NCBI GenBank assembly: GCA_011109175.1
Contig: RDEW01000113.1
Span: 40,011 to 72,791, forward strand
DNA length: 32,781 nucleotides
Origin: Dicyema japonicum
Lineage: Eukaryota > Animalia > Dicyemida
Direction: 5' to 3'
In this document: in pieces, positions 19,950-30,589 of the stretch
Numbering within the stretch: the first letter of the stretch is position 1
How the letters are laid out: every line of letters starts with the position of its first letter
Notes under the pieces: generated by a model
Databases searched by the model: none
Told to the model about the DNA's origin: nothing
Seen by the model: the letters and a program-made list of their open reading frames with translations, nothing else
Position numbers and translations under genes: made by a program

Positions 19950-21430
19950 CATCTGAATGGCCATGCTATTTCCCCTAACAATAGCCAACGAGATACGTTC
20001 TCGGAACCAACCAGTCTCTCGCGGATCCTTGGTCACAGCTTGAATCATGGAGCCGATCTTACAAACCAACTCATCTGCTTGGGGCCAAGGATTCCTGACG
20101 TTTCCACCGCGAATGGAACAAATATATACTCCTCCGAAATTCTCTGGTACTTCCTCCTCTTTCGTTCCTCGGCCTGCTTCGAAGCATGTCCTGGGTCTGA
20201 AGCAGAAGCAACCAAATTAGACGGGGAATAAGTATCAACACACGTCGCGTCCCAGATCAGGTTTCGTCCGTTGGCGAATGGAAAAGTTGTCATCTTATCA
20301 GGGCGTTTTTTATCGTTTCGGGAAAGACCAGCAAATTCTAACAGGCAATGGTGTCCAGCAGAGGCAAGGAATTCTTTAATGTCATGTTAAGACAGGAGTG
20401 CCTGGGGAATCGACCCGCACTCATCTTGCATGACAAGGGATGATAACCAAAAGGATCGATCCAACGTCCACAGCGGCATTTTCTTTCGGCACACAATTTA
20501 AGACCAAGACGAAGCGAGGTAGCTATTCTCACAGCCTCATCATCCAACAGGTTTCCAATTTCGGCAGATGGAAAAGCGTTCATCCAGGCCCCCGTCGAGT
20601 GACAACTGGCTGTTTTGAGGCAGGCAAGCCTTCTTACATCTTCCGTCTTTTCAAGGGATTCTTTCTTCTTTTCGAAGACACAAAACAAATAGGACTTTTG
20701 CTTATCACAATTGACCGGAGCATTTAGGTACAAATTCATCCATTCATCCAGGCTCCCGACGGCGTCAGCGGTACGTTTAGTCCGGAAGTAGAGTGAAGGA
20801 CCGTATCCACTAAACGCCTTGACGAGCCGAACGAAGATAAATAGGCGCCCAAAGCAACGTCCGAAGGAAGAGAAAGACCCAAACCACCGCAGGCTACAGG
20901 GAGAGAGGCCTGTAACCATCCGAAATCATCAAAACAAACATTAAGAATGGACCCCATCGTTGACCGGATATCCATATCAATTAACGATAGAAGGTCTTTT
21001 TCGGCGTAGCATGGGGATCCCCGTAGAATAAAAAGGAGTTTTGGGAGAAGGAGACAATTCTTCAGCATAAAAAAGGCGACATGACAATCCAAAAAACTCA
21101 TCCTGTCGGCATATTGACGTAAATTAGTCCTCTTGCCTTCCAATAACTCCCTCACCCGGTTTACCAAAATCCCACACCCAAGGAAGTCGAGAGAATCAAT
21201 ATGAGTCTCCCTAACCCCTGGGATGATTTCGCAGAGTTTTCTATGAAAAAGGTAGAATGAATCGGAACTCAAATTCAGATTAATTGCTTCGCACTTTTCA
21301 TTGTTAAATTCCAGACCGATTTTTCCACACAAACTTCTGATCGACGCAACTTTGGAGAGAATATCATCGGGACTTCCACCGAGAATACAATCGTCCAGAT
21401 ACCAGACGTCCAAATTAGTGGCCAATTTTA
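19950..21430 (-). mobile_element. 5'-truncated CRE-clade non-LTR retrotransposon (RT C-half, CCHC knuckle, RLE), frameshifted
   Basis: Contains WYLDD (RT), ASLPVACGGLGL, GAWMNAFP, LRLG, CRC...HPLSC...RH..LN, RPDKMTTFPF, IWDATC, EERKRRKY, FAVETSG and RISLAIVRGN. Confidence 0.9.
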
Positions 21431-21619
21431 ATCTTCATGGCAGTGGACAGTCTAAATCATGGTTTCTCAAGTTTTTTAACGTCGTGGCCAAACTGACTAT
21501 TTACCCGTCCCTTTGGGACCACAAAAAAATTAATTCAAAATTTTAATTAATATTAACTACTTTGTCATAACACGGAATAAAAGAGGCACAAATAGATCGC
21601 AACAAATGACATACTATCA

Positions 21620-21860
21620 GTCAATTTATTTCGATATTTATTCTTTATGTAATCATTTTACTGAGAATTAATTTACATAAATATGTCGATCCAAACATTG
21701 AAGCGTGTTTACAAACATTTGTAAGTATATTGGGATATTTTATTTTAAGTTTGGAAGTCGGGACCGCAAACAATTGTCTGCTGCTCCAAGAAACAAGATG
21801 AAAGAAGGAGATTAAGCCAACTAATTTTCGGTGCTTCTCCATAGTTCCCACTGCTTTTTT
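21620..21860 (-). pseudogene. hAT transposase C-terminal remnant (GTF2IRD2/EPM2AIP1-like)
   Basis: KYPNILTNVCKHASMFGSTYLCKLILSKM matches the MFGSTYxCEqxFSxM dimerisation-region motif of that hAT group. Confidence 0.7.
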
Positions 21861-21929
21861 CTAGTCACAACGCTCCTCTTTCAGCAGAATTTGAAAAAGC
21901 CTAATTTTATATTGGAAATTGCGTGTTTA

Positions 21930-22340
21930 GGCAGCTTCTACTGCTGATCGGGAGAAGCAAGAGATTCGACACTGAAGAGAGTAGGGAACTGGAACATTAT
22001 TAATTGAGTAGAGAGGTTTTTTAGACCGACCATTTTCCTTCTTAGAAAATTTATGTTGCAATTTGAGAAGCCAGAAGACATAGACGACTCCACCGTCGGC
22101 TTTAGTAGTTGATTGTATAAGACTAAAGCACATTCTTGTGTTGGCAGGATCCTGGATTTTAAAGATGCTTTTCTAATATCAATATTCAAATGACCTTTTA
22201 CAAGAACGTTTCTTGGTATTTTTGCAATACATGCTTCACGAAATAAGGCTCTAAATGAATTTATGAAATTTTTTAATGAAAAAAATTAAAAAAATTGAAC
22301 AATGCCGAATTTCTAAATATTATTATAATTTTTTTAAAAT
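21930..22340 (-). repeat. Left copy of an inverted paralogous segment (unknown decayed gene 5' end plus upstream DNA)
   Basis: 36-bp perfect inverted identity between 22225-22260 and 23966-24001. The upstream tataataatatttagaaattcggcattgttca also matches about 23391-23422. Confidence 0.75.
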
Positions 22341-22639
22341 AAATTGCTAAATCTTTACGACTTAGTGGTGTTAAAACGATACCGACAAAGTCAAAGCTGA
22401 GCTATTAACGACCCCCTACCTAAGAAGAAACCGTTATGGGCTTCATATAGATGCTTATAGTCATTCCCTTAACTAAAAAAAGTCATTATTACAAAAATAA
22501 GTCACCTGTTTCTACGCAGCGTGATGTTCGGTGGACATAATTCATCGAAGGAGTTTTCCAAATGGCTCACTTACCTTGACAAAAATTCTACAAAATAACT
22601 CGGAGTATTTAATACCTGCAAAATATGAACCCATGAAGT

Positions 22640-23351
22640 GACGCGCGGTACCTTTTTGTCTTTTATTTCAGCATTTTGCGCTTCTCCACATTCTAAATTT
22701 TCCTATTTAATTTTTGTATGAACCTCTCAACAGTCTGCGTATGTGCTTACCCTTCCATTTGTCAGTGTGTATCACTGATCCCGGTGCGATATTTTGCTGT
22801 ATAGCCGATGTTAGAGTTCTTTTCTACCGATCAGGAACCTTTACTTCCCCGAAAAACTCCCCCAAACACCAATTGTTGAGGAAGAATCCTTCTTGCATTG
22901 TTTTTTCGTTTAGAGATCATGCTCTCATAAACTTCGACAACTTTTCCAATTCCACCTATACAATCTAATAATACACTAATACCGATCAGTGTGTTCAACG
23001 ATTAGCTTAATAATCAGCACAAATCTCTCGCAGGGAGTGAGACCAATTACAAATCGTGCGGTTGCTCCATTTCAGTTAACGCCGACACCATACAATTGTT
23101 TGTCTGTCGAAGCTCCACATTACACCGTTTCTGACAGAGCTATAAATTCGAAAACCGCTTTTATCGCACACCCATGTTGTATTCTTCCGCTGTTGGAGAA
23201 GGGTCATCAAATGTCTTTTAAGGCATTTCTTTTCTTTCGGGAAGATTCCAACCTCCTGAAGGAAGGCAACTGACTCCATTTCAGAATATGGTAGTTCGTA
23301 GTCCTTCAATTTTGAATATTTTCGCATAACAACTATATCAATCATCCCCAC
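22640..23351 (-). mobile_element. Decayed Merlin (ISXO2/IS1016-like DDE) transposase
   Basis: N-terminal AFLQEVGIFPKEKKC..HLM...WVCDK, then IGGIGKVVEVYES..SKRK...QLVFGG, VPDR..RTL, IAPGSVIHTDKWKG and HTQTVE. TIRs not found. Confidence 0.85.
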
Positions 23352-23389
23352 GAGCCGGTAAAAAAATTCAAAATTTTACATAAAAATAT

Positions 23390-24060
23390 TTATAATAATA
23401 TTTACAAATTCGGCATTGTTCATTTTTTTATTTTTAGATCTAATATTTAAAAAAAATTCATTAATTCATTCGGCAATGAACGGCATCATTAAGAGGGCAT
23501 TAGAATCGGCTGGATTCCGTTGCCGGATCGAACCGACTGGTCTATTTGACAACGGAAGACGCCCTGACGGCATGACCTCCTTTCCTTTTGAGCGAGGGCG
23601 AAACCTTGCATGGGATGTGACCTGTGTCTGCTTTTTCGCCCCAAGCAAAAAAAATAATTCACCGGGCAGATCTTCTTCTCAAGCAGAGGAAGTAAAAAAT
23701 GCTAAATATTCAGATATCAGCGACAGGTACATTTTCGCACCTGTCGCGATTGAAACTTCGGGGAACTTTGGCCCTAAAACGCTGAAGTTCCTGAACCATT
23801 TGGGAAAACTACTAACTGACAAAACTGGTGATCTTCGTGAGACGAGATGGCTCAAGGAGAGGCTCTCGTTGGCTGTTGTCCGTGGGAATAGCTTCTGCAT
23901 CTCCCAACAGCTGAATTAAAATTAACTATTCTTTTTCCTTTTTCCTTATAAAATAAAACGTATGGATTCATTTAGAGCCTTATTTCGTGAAGCATGTATT
24001 GAAAAAGAACTCGTTCTTTATATGTTGGAAAAAAAAGAGAGCAAGTGTTAGGTGTTACCT
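23390..24060 (+). repeat. Right copy of the inverted paralogous segment, split by a CRE-like insertion
   Basis: Matches the left copy on both sides of 23471-23965 and encodes MDSFRALFREACIEKELVLYMLE. Confidence 0.7.
23471..23965 (+). mobile_element. 5'-truncated CRE-like insertion with an intact RLE ORF (ATG 23476 to stop 23919)
   Basis: Contains RRPDG, AWDVTC, AEEVKNAKY, APVAIETSG and RLSLAVVRGN with no stops. Flanked by a 7-bp direct repeat attcatt (23464-23470 and 23966-23972). Confidence 0.85.
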
Positions 24061-24983
24061 AAGTTCTGATTTTGCTACATCCACTGATATCCACGGATCT
24101 AATTTAATCATTGTGTATGTTTGGAACATTGAATTATCCGCTACAGTAGAGGTATTTCGTGTAGGAGTAAATGAAAAGTGTTGGGAGAAGGACGAATTGA
24201 GACATTCGTTCAATCACTTCAACCATCAAACCGTGATGCATTTTGTTCAACTACAAGGGTATTATACTCCCCTGCCTACTGTATTGGTGTTAGGGATGGT
24301 TCTTATCTCCGAAGAAGATTTTATTGTTCCTAGAGAAAACAAGGATAGCTGCGATTTAGCTTTCCTTACACAAGAAGCTGAGTGATGGTCTAAGCAAAGA
24401 GGAAAATATGATGTTAGTATAGCAGAACAAAATAGCAGAACTGTGAAGGATCGGATCGACGGTTACAGGAGGAAATCAAAAATCCAGTACACGTACAAAA
24501 AATTGAAAGAACCTTTTCGAGATAAAAAAATAAAGAAGGGAGGGTCTAGATGTAGACTCCAAACCTTGAGGTAGGACTCCTCCAAATAACTATTGACTCT
24601 GTCGTTAATAAAAAAACTATATTAGTAATTGAATGTATAAACATATAAAGTTATATTTCCCACGTGCGGCATTTGAAGCAATATCTCCAATTATCCATCT
24701 GGGAGCAATAGGAGACTGTCACTCAGAGTGTGTAAAATTCTGTCTAAATAATTCCGATATTTTGTTTTAGTTGATATTATAACAGAAAACCGGGTGGACC
24801 TATGACTCGTGAGAATGCTTATATTATTATAGTTAATTTATCTAACTCTACTCTTGAATAAGTGAGATATTATTACAGTCATTGAGATTCTCCAGCCATT
24901 TTTATTTCAAGTTTCAATTGCAGTTTAAATATTGAAATCGAGGTAACTAATGGAAATCAAATCTTTTATCACAATACATCACG

Positions 24984-25008
24984 GTAAGTTCTTTTTTATA
25001 CGTTCCAG
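24984..25008 (+). other. Candidate 25-nt spliceosomal intron of an unresolved host gene
   Basis: gtaagttcttttttatacgttccag: GTAAG donor and CAG acceptor, same size class as the other introns. Confidence 0.35.
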
Positions 25009-25359
25009 GTCAATTATTGTAAATTTTTAATTGGCTTTATTTTTCAAGAGATGAGGTTTCAGATAAAAGCCCTTCTCCTGGTGAAACTAAATTTCTTGCA
25101 TTAAACTAATTTTGAATTTCATGTGGAATAACGAATTATGGATTCATCTCTTGAATCAAAACATGTTGGATTAAGACACCATAATGAGATTTGAGAATTA
25201 ACTCTTCCTTTTTTATTGGAACGACATATTTTTGGAGAGTTTAGAACATTCTCTTATCCAATTTTCTTCAAATAGATGCCCTGGCTTAAGCCCATCAACT
25301 CCTCCACTCCTTTTCCTTCAGAATGATCAGAGAGCATCAAGAAGATTGGCGGAAGAAAC

Positions 25360-25790
25360 GTCCTCCAGAAAAGACAGACGGGCGCACAAGTATCATCGGC
25401 ATAGGAAAATGTTTTGCTTTCAGAAGTCGAGACAATGGCAAGCGCCCCAACCGGATTACAATATTCCCTTTTGCTAATGAACCTGGTTTGGGACCCTACG
25501 TGTATGGATACGTACTCTCCAAAAAATTTTACTGCTTCAGTATCGGACCAAAGTAATGCTATTAAGCAAGTCGAGGATCAGAAGAGAAGAAAGTTCCTAA
25601 GAATTTTGGAGGATCACTTGTTTGTTTTATTTGCTGTTGAGTCGCAGGAATCCTTGACCTTTAGTCTGTCAGATCGGCTCAATGATCCTAAGGGTCATCA
25701 AGTATCTGCGCTAGATGGATGACTTCGAGGGCGTATTTCGATTGCTATTGTCAAAGGAAACAGCCTGGCGATTCAAGCTCCCTACTTCAC
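25360..25790 (+). mobile_element. CRE-like RLE 3' fragment, degenerate
   Basis: Reads RDNGKRPNRITIFPF, LVWDPTCMDTYSP, EDQKRRKF, FAVES and RISIAIVKGNS. Closest to the 19950-20340 copy. Confidence 0.8.
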
Positions 25791-26349
25791 TTTAACGCAG
25801 AGCCATATTAGCTATAGCTCCGCAGAGGCAGGACACACACTTTATTTAAGTAAAGAACAGTTATGATGACTAATCCAGAACCAACGAATTCTCTTCATTG
25901 CTTTTTCTTTTTGTTGAGTGTATGTCCTTTATAGACGATCCGGTTCCGTAGTGATATGCTTACTGATGACGACGTTATTTCGCCAAGTCAAAGCATCGTA
26001 GATGAGTGGAACCTTCAACTGAAATGTACAGCAGTGGTATTTGAACTAGGGACCATCAGGCCTCGAACTAAGTACGCTGTTGGTAACAAATGTCAAGATG
26101 TTATATTTTTCATAGTTCTGAAGGATACTTTTTCAAAGATATTTTCTTCATTGAACGAATGACGGAAATAAGTCACTTAAGGACAGTTTAACACAGAATC
26201 ATTAAATATTTTCTATTTTTACCAAATATGACTCACGCATTTCAATGTTTAAAACAATAGTCATCTGGCCACAATTAAGTTCGCAAACTAATGCCCCTCC
26301 AGTTGATCTCGAAGATATTGTGAGAATAAAACCTTACGTAATTAAGTTG

Positions 26350-26660
26350 GCCCTGATAAAAATTAGAACTTAATACATTTTTCATTTGTGAATGCTGATG
26401 CGATATATCAATTAAAAAGGAGACATGAACACGCTAAAAATCGTGGCAACAGGAGCACTTGTATATCCCTCTCCACGTAACCAGATAAACAAGTAAAAAC
26501 GGAAGAACAAACTGCGGAAATGGACAAACATCAACGTAGTCTGTGATATCCTTGTAGAGGATTCCGTTGAGTATAGTAGTCAGTAAGCCACCTCGGAGCT
26601 TTCCTTCTCTGTCAATTACTGAATAGTCAGAGAACTTTGGTACTCTCCTCGAAATTGCAC
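26350..26660 (-). pseudogene. APE endonuclease fragment of a LINE
   Basis: VPKFSDYSVIDREGKLRGGLLTTILNGILYKDIT resembles TPKFKNYSLLRSER..GGGLVTLIHNSIPF in the 13235 element. Confidence 0.5.
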
Positions 26661-27169
26661 TAAAAGTTATAATGAATTATTTGTTAATAATTATTTTTAT
26701 TAAAAAATAGTAATTCAAATTTAAAATATAAATTCACGTTTTGTCGGTTTTTTCTTGTTGTGCCATCTGAGTCAACTTTCTAACTTTTTGTTAGAAAGCG
26801 TTACAATGATGGGAAAATATTGCATTTCTGTTATTGAAAATGCTACATATTACGCTCAATTTTATTCGGTAGTAAGAATATTAGTAGCAAATCATGATCC
26901 AACTGCCAAGATAAAGTGGTCACTGCTACGGATGATTACCATACCAAGGCGTCGTTAAAACCATATTTGTTTTTTTCCGTTGAAAACCGATGGCTATTTT
27001 GGGAGGTACTCTCAACTCCACGTTCTTTGTTTGCAAGAAGGATAACAGCCCCTAAAGAAGCTATCTGAAGTTGGTAAACTTCTTACATCGAATGATTATC
27101 TAAACTGGCATCACTATAGAATTTTTTTGCAAATGGTTAATGTTATGGCATAGTGAGCCCTATAAGTGG

Positions 27170-27655
27170 ATACCAGGAATTGTACTGCCACTACCAACTG
27201 ACTCTCCAGCCAATTGGCTAAATGCAGACTAGTTAATGGAATCGTGTTCCTGGTTTTTCTATACGTCGCAGAATCATGGATATTGAAAAAGGCGGATAGA
27301 CGAAAAATTGATGCTTTTGAGCTGTGGTGCTGGAGGAGGTTACTAAGAATCCCTTGGACTTCCAAAATAACAAACATCGATGTACTCAAACGGGTAGAGA
27401 CTGACATTTCGCTAGAAGGAAGAATCGTAAAACACAGATTGTCCGCTCTGATTCATTGGAAAGAATTATTATGCTGAGCAATATTACTGGAAGAGAAGAC
27501 CTAGCCGACCAAGGACTCGGTGGCTATCCACGGTAGAAGACGTCACGGGAATGCCTATATCAAGGCTACTCCAAATTGTAACGGATCGGGGAGAGTGGAG
27601 GAAACTCGTTCATGAGATCTCCAAGGGTCGGACACGACTTAATTGGACAAGATAA
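27170..27655 (+). mobile_element. RTE (BovB-like) LINE 3' fragment
   Basis: KCRLVNGIVFLVFLYVAESWILKKADRRKIDAFELWCWRRLLRIPWT is the RTE/BovB post-RT signature. Ends in gggtcggacacgactt. Confidence 0.85.
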
Positions 27656-27699
27656 CATATAACAGAGTGAGCCCATACTCGTTTGGAAATTGGTAAAAC

Positions 27700-29400
27700 A
27701 AGTAAGCGAATAACGGATCTGATTTTGCTAGAGAAATATACTCAAGAGACGATATGTTATCTCTATCCCTGGCACATCAAGAAGATTGTGTTGAAAGGAA
27801 ATAATGTAAGAACTAATCAGAGGAGATGCATAGATCCACTTGATCGCTAACCTTGTCTCACAAAATCGGCGACCTACAAAAGCAATTGTCTGAACGGTTC
27901 AGAAGTTGGAATGAGAATAAGTTGAACTCAAACTACGAAAGGTATACAAGCACAATCATTCTTTCTGGAAGCTATACCGATGAGTGAGGAGCCCAGAGTC
28001 ATTCCCAAGTAAGAAACCGGATGGCTCCTACTATGCTGAAGAAGTAATACCTCTAGTTTTTGAGAAAAACTTAAAAAATATTTTAAGTAGGCCATGATGT
28101 CATCGCTGAGAATCTCTGTTATGAACCCTTGTCGGAAAAAACACCATTTATAGAGATCTCTCTAGAAGAGTTGAAAATGTCAATAAATGATGTAAACAAT
28201 AAAGCCCCGGGCAGTGATTTCACCAAAACCAGAATGTTTAAAGAAGGCCCAGAAATTCTATTCAGAGTTCTAAAGGACGTGTTCAATGCAAGTATTAAGA
28301 TTGGTCATGTTCCACATGGGTGGAAGAAAACGATTTTAAGGATGGTAGCGAAGACAGGAAAACCAAAGAAGGGTCAATCTAGCTACCGTCCGATAAGTCT
28401 GCTTCGATTAATTTAAAAAATTGTGGAAAAAATTGTCTTCTGGAGGCTTTTAAATCTGCTGGAAAAAAAGACTATTTCATAAAAGATAAATTTGGGTTTC
28501 GTCCGGGACGATCATGGGGTGATTGCTTATTTCATCTAAACTCCAGGTTATGCACAGCCAGATGATCCAAATGTTTCTTGAATTTCATTGTTAACCACAG
28601 AGTTATAATCGGCCAGTTAACTCGGAAGGGAAGTCTTAAGGAACTAGTGAATTGGGTGAAAGTGTACCTAGAAGGAACAAACTCCTATGTTAGATGCGGA
28701 CGCTATTTTTCAAATATGATATTATTGAAGAGAGGAGTCCCACAAGGATCAATTTTGAACCCTCTATTATTTAATGTTTAATGGCCGGTTTCCCGTCTTC
28801 GAGGTCACCAAGTACGAGATCTCTGATATACGCAGATTACTTCCTACTGTCTGATGTCGAGATCGAGTATGATATCGGAGGGGAGACTCAATGTGTATAT
28901 GGAAAAGATCAAAGACTGGTGGGGTCTCCAAAGATTAAAACTGTCAGAAGAAAAGTCGAAATGGAAAAGGAAATCAGCAAGGCTCCCTATGCAGAATCAA
29001 TACTGTGAGATCCCTGAAGCATCTAGAAACAACTATTGAGAAAACTGGGAGTACATTATGTGGCTTTAAACTCCGAAGGAAGAAAACATATTGTGTATGA
29101 GGAAATTGAGACTCGAAACGGATATGCTTTGATTTATCTTTTCACGTGCGATCATTCCATCGCTCCTCGATGCACTAGAAAGATGGTATTACACTGAAGA
29201 CAAGGAGCGTATTATCTAGATTTGAAAATTCGAGAAGAGCAGGGATCAAGATTTTCCTGCGCAAAAGGCTCGACGAGAAGTTAGATGATATGTTAGTAAT
29301 GTCGATCAGAGATGCAGCAGAGAAGAGGATGGCAAACTTCCTAAAAAGAGATGCTCCAAAGGATCACTGGAGGAGTTTGTTAATGTTAATTAGGCTCAAA
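27700..29400 (+). pseudogene. Decayed APE-type LINE RT region (Jockey/I-group-like)
   Basis: Contains KAPGSD, WKKTIL, SYRPISLL, FGFRPGRS, RGVPQGSILNPLLFN and YADY, with many stops and frameshifts. Confidence 0.8.
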
Positions 29401-29419
29401 GGATCACTGGAGGAAGCGC

Positions 29420-29790
29420 TTTTTTGTTGGTTCTCTTCGGCAAATTTAGTCCGAGCGATGTTCTGACCTGCTTTCTATGAAACGAGTCTATCCCGAGTTA
29501 TTCAGTCTTGAACATCACCAACGTTGACAAATTGTACCATAGGACTGGTTTAACAAAGGCATCGTAGTCGGAATGATATACTCGATCGTCTGCTGTTATT
29601 CCAGTTCTTATTAACTTTATTTAACGCGGCCGTAGCAATGATCTTGTTTCCAACAACAGCTTACTCTCTCCAAGTCAAGACCTAAGCTGATTGGACTTCA
29701 TCCGTGGTTCATTCAATTTTTTCCTTTTTTCTGGTTTCCACGACTTCCGATTTAGGATATTGTTGTGAACCATTTCTATGTTCATTAGGA
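29420..29790 (-). pseudogene. Decayed RTE-like post-RT fragment
   Basis: Reads IATAALNK...YDAFVKPVLWYNLSTL...IDSFHRKQVRTSLG. Confidence 0.5.
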
Positions 29791-29849
29791 TCCACTTTCA
29801 ATATGAGACTTGATGCGATATAGACGTCCACTAGATCCCTGATTTGATT

Positions 29850-30310
29850 AAATCTAACCAACACCAAGACTTTCTTAAAGGACTAAGCAAGATTATCGAG
29901 CTAAATTGTCCTGAAGAATTGAGTGACTGTTTCCCCTGACAATTTTTTGGAACAGCCATTCCCAGACGCTCATTGGTCACTTTCGATATTATTGACCCAA
30001 GCGATCTTGAAAAGAGACCGTCTTGGGCCTGAAGATTCCACTCGTCTCGACGAAACGGACAGCACATGGAATCTGAGCTGAGGCTGTCGTATTTTCTTAT
30101 TTTATTGTTTTCGAATGCTTGTGCTGCCTCAGCTTTCAACGCGGAATCTAAAGATTTTGACTCCGATAAAGTGTTTGTGCATGCCCAATCCCAAATCCGG
30201 CATTCCAGAGAGAAAGGGAAGGCTGTGATCCCGTCGGGGGTTTTGTATCACCACGATCTGGGCACACCAATTTCAGAGATGATAGGGATCCGGTCATTTT
30301 TATGTTAATT
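29850..30310 (-). mobile_element. CRE-like RLE 3' fragment
   Basis: Reads PDGITAFPFS..IWDWACT..KAEAAQAFENNKIRKYDSLS..VETSGIF. Homologous to 3440-3760. Confidence 0.75.
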
Positions 30311-30589
30311 TGAGCCTTAACTTTGGTGAAGGTCTGTTTACCAGATGTTCTATATTTGGGATTCGTTACTAAGAACTACTCTGACGTTCCTATTTCGCTG
30401 ATACTTAAATTAATATGCTCCTTACTCATTCATTTCCAACGCAACACTATCTCGGAAACAGCAACATTGAAAACATTCTTCCATAATTTCGGTAATCGTA
30501 ATTTGATAACATTCGAGCAAAGTGTAAAATTGGTCGTTTTTAAATTGAATTTCAAGTTCGTGATTTTTTAATTTAATCAGTTTTTCATG

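Noticed and set aside
21495-21530. Walker A-like GPKGTGK on the minus strand
   Set aside because: It is followed immediately by a stop, with no Walker B or extended ORF. It could be a tiny relic or chance.
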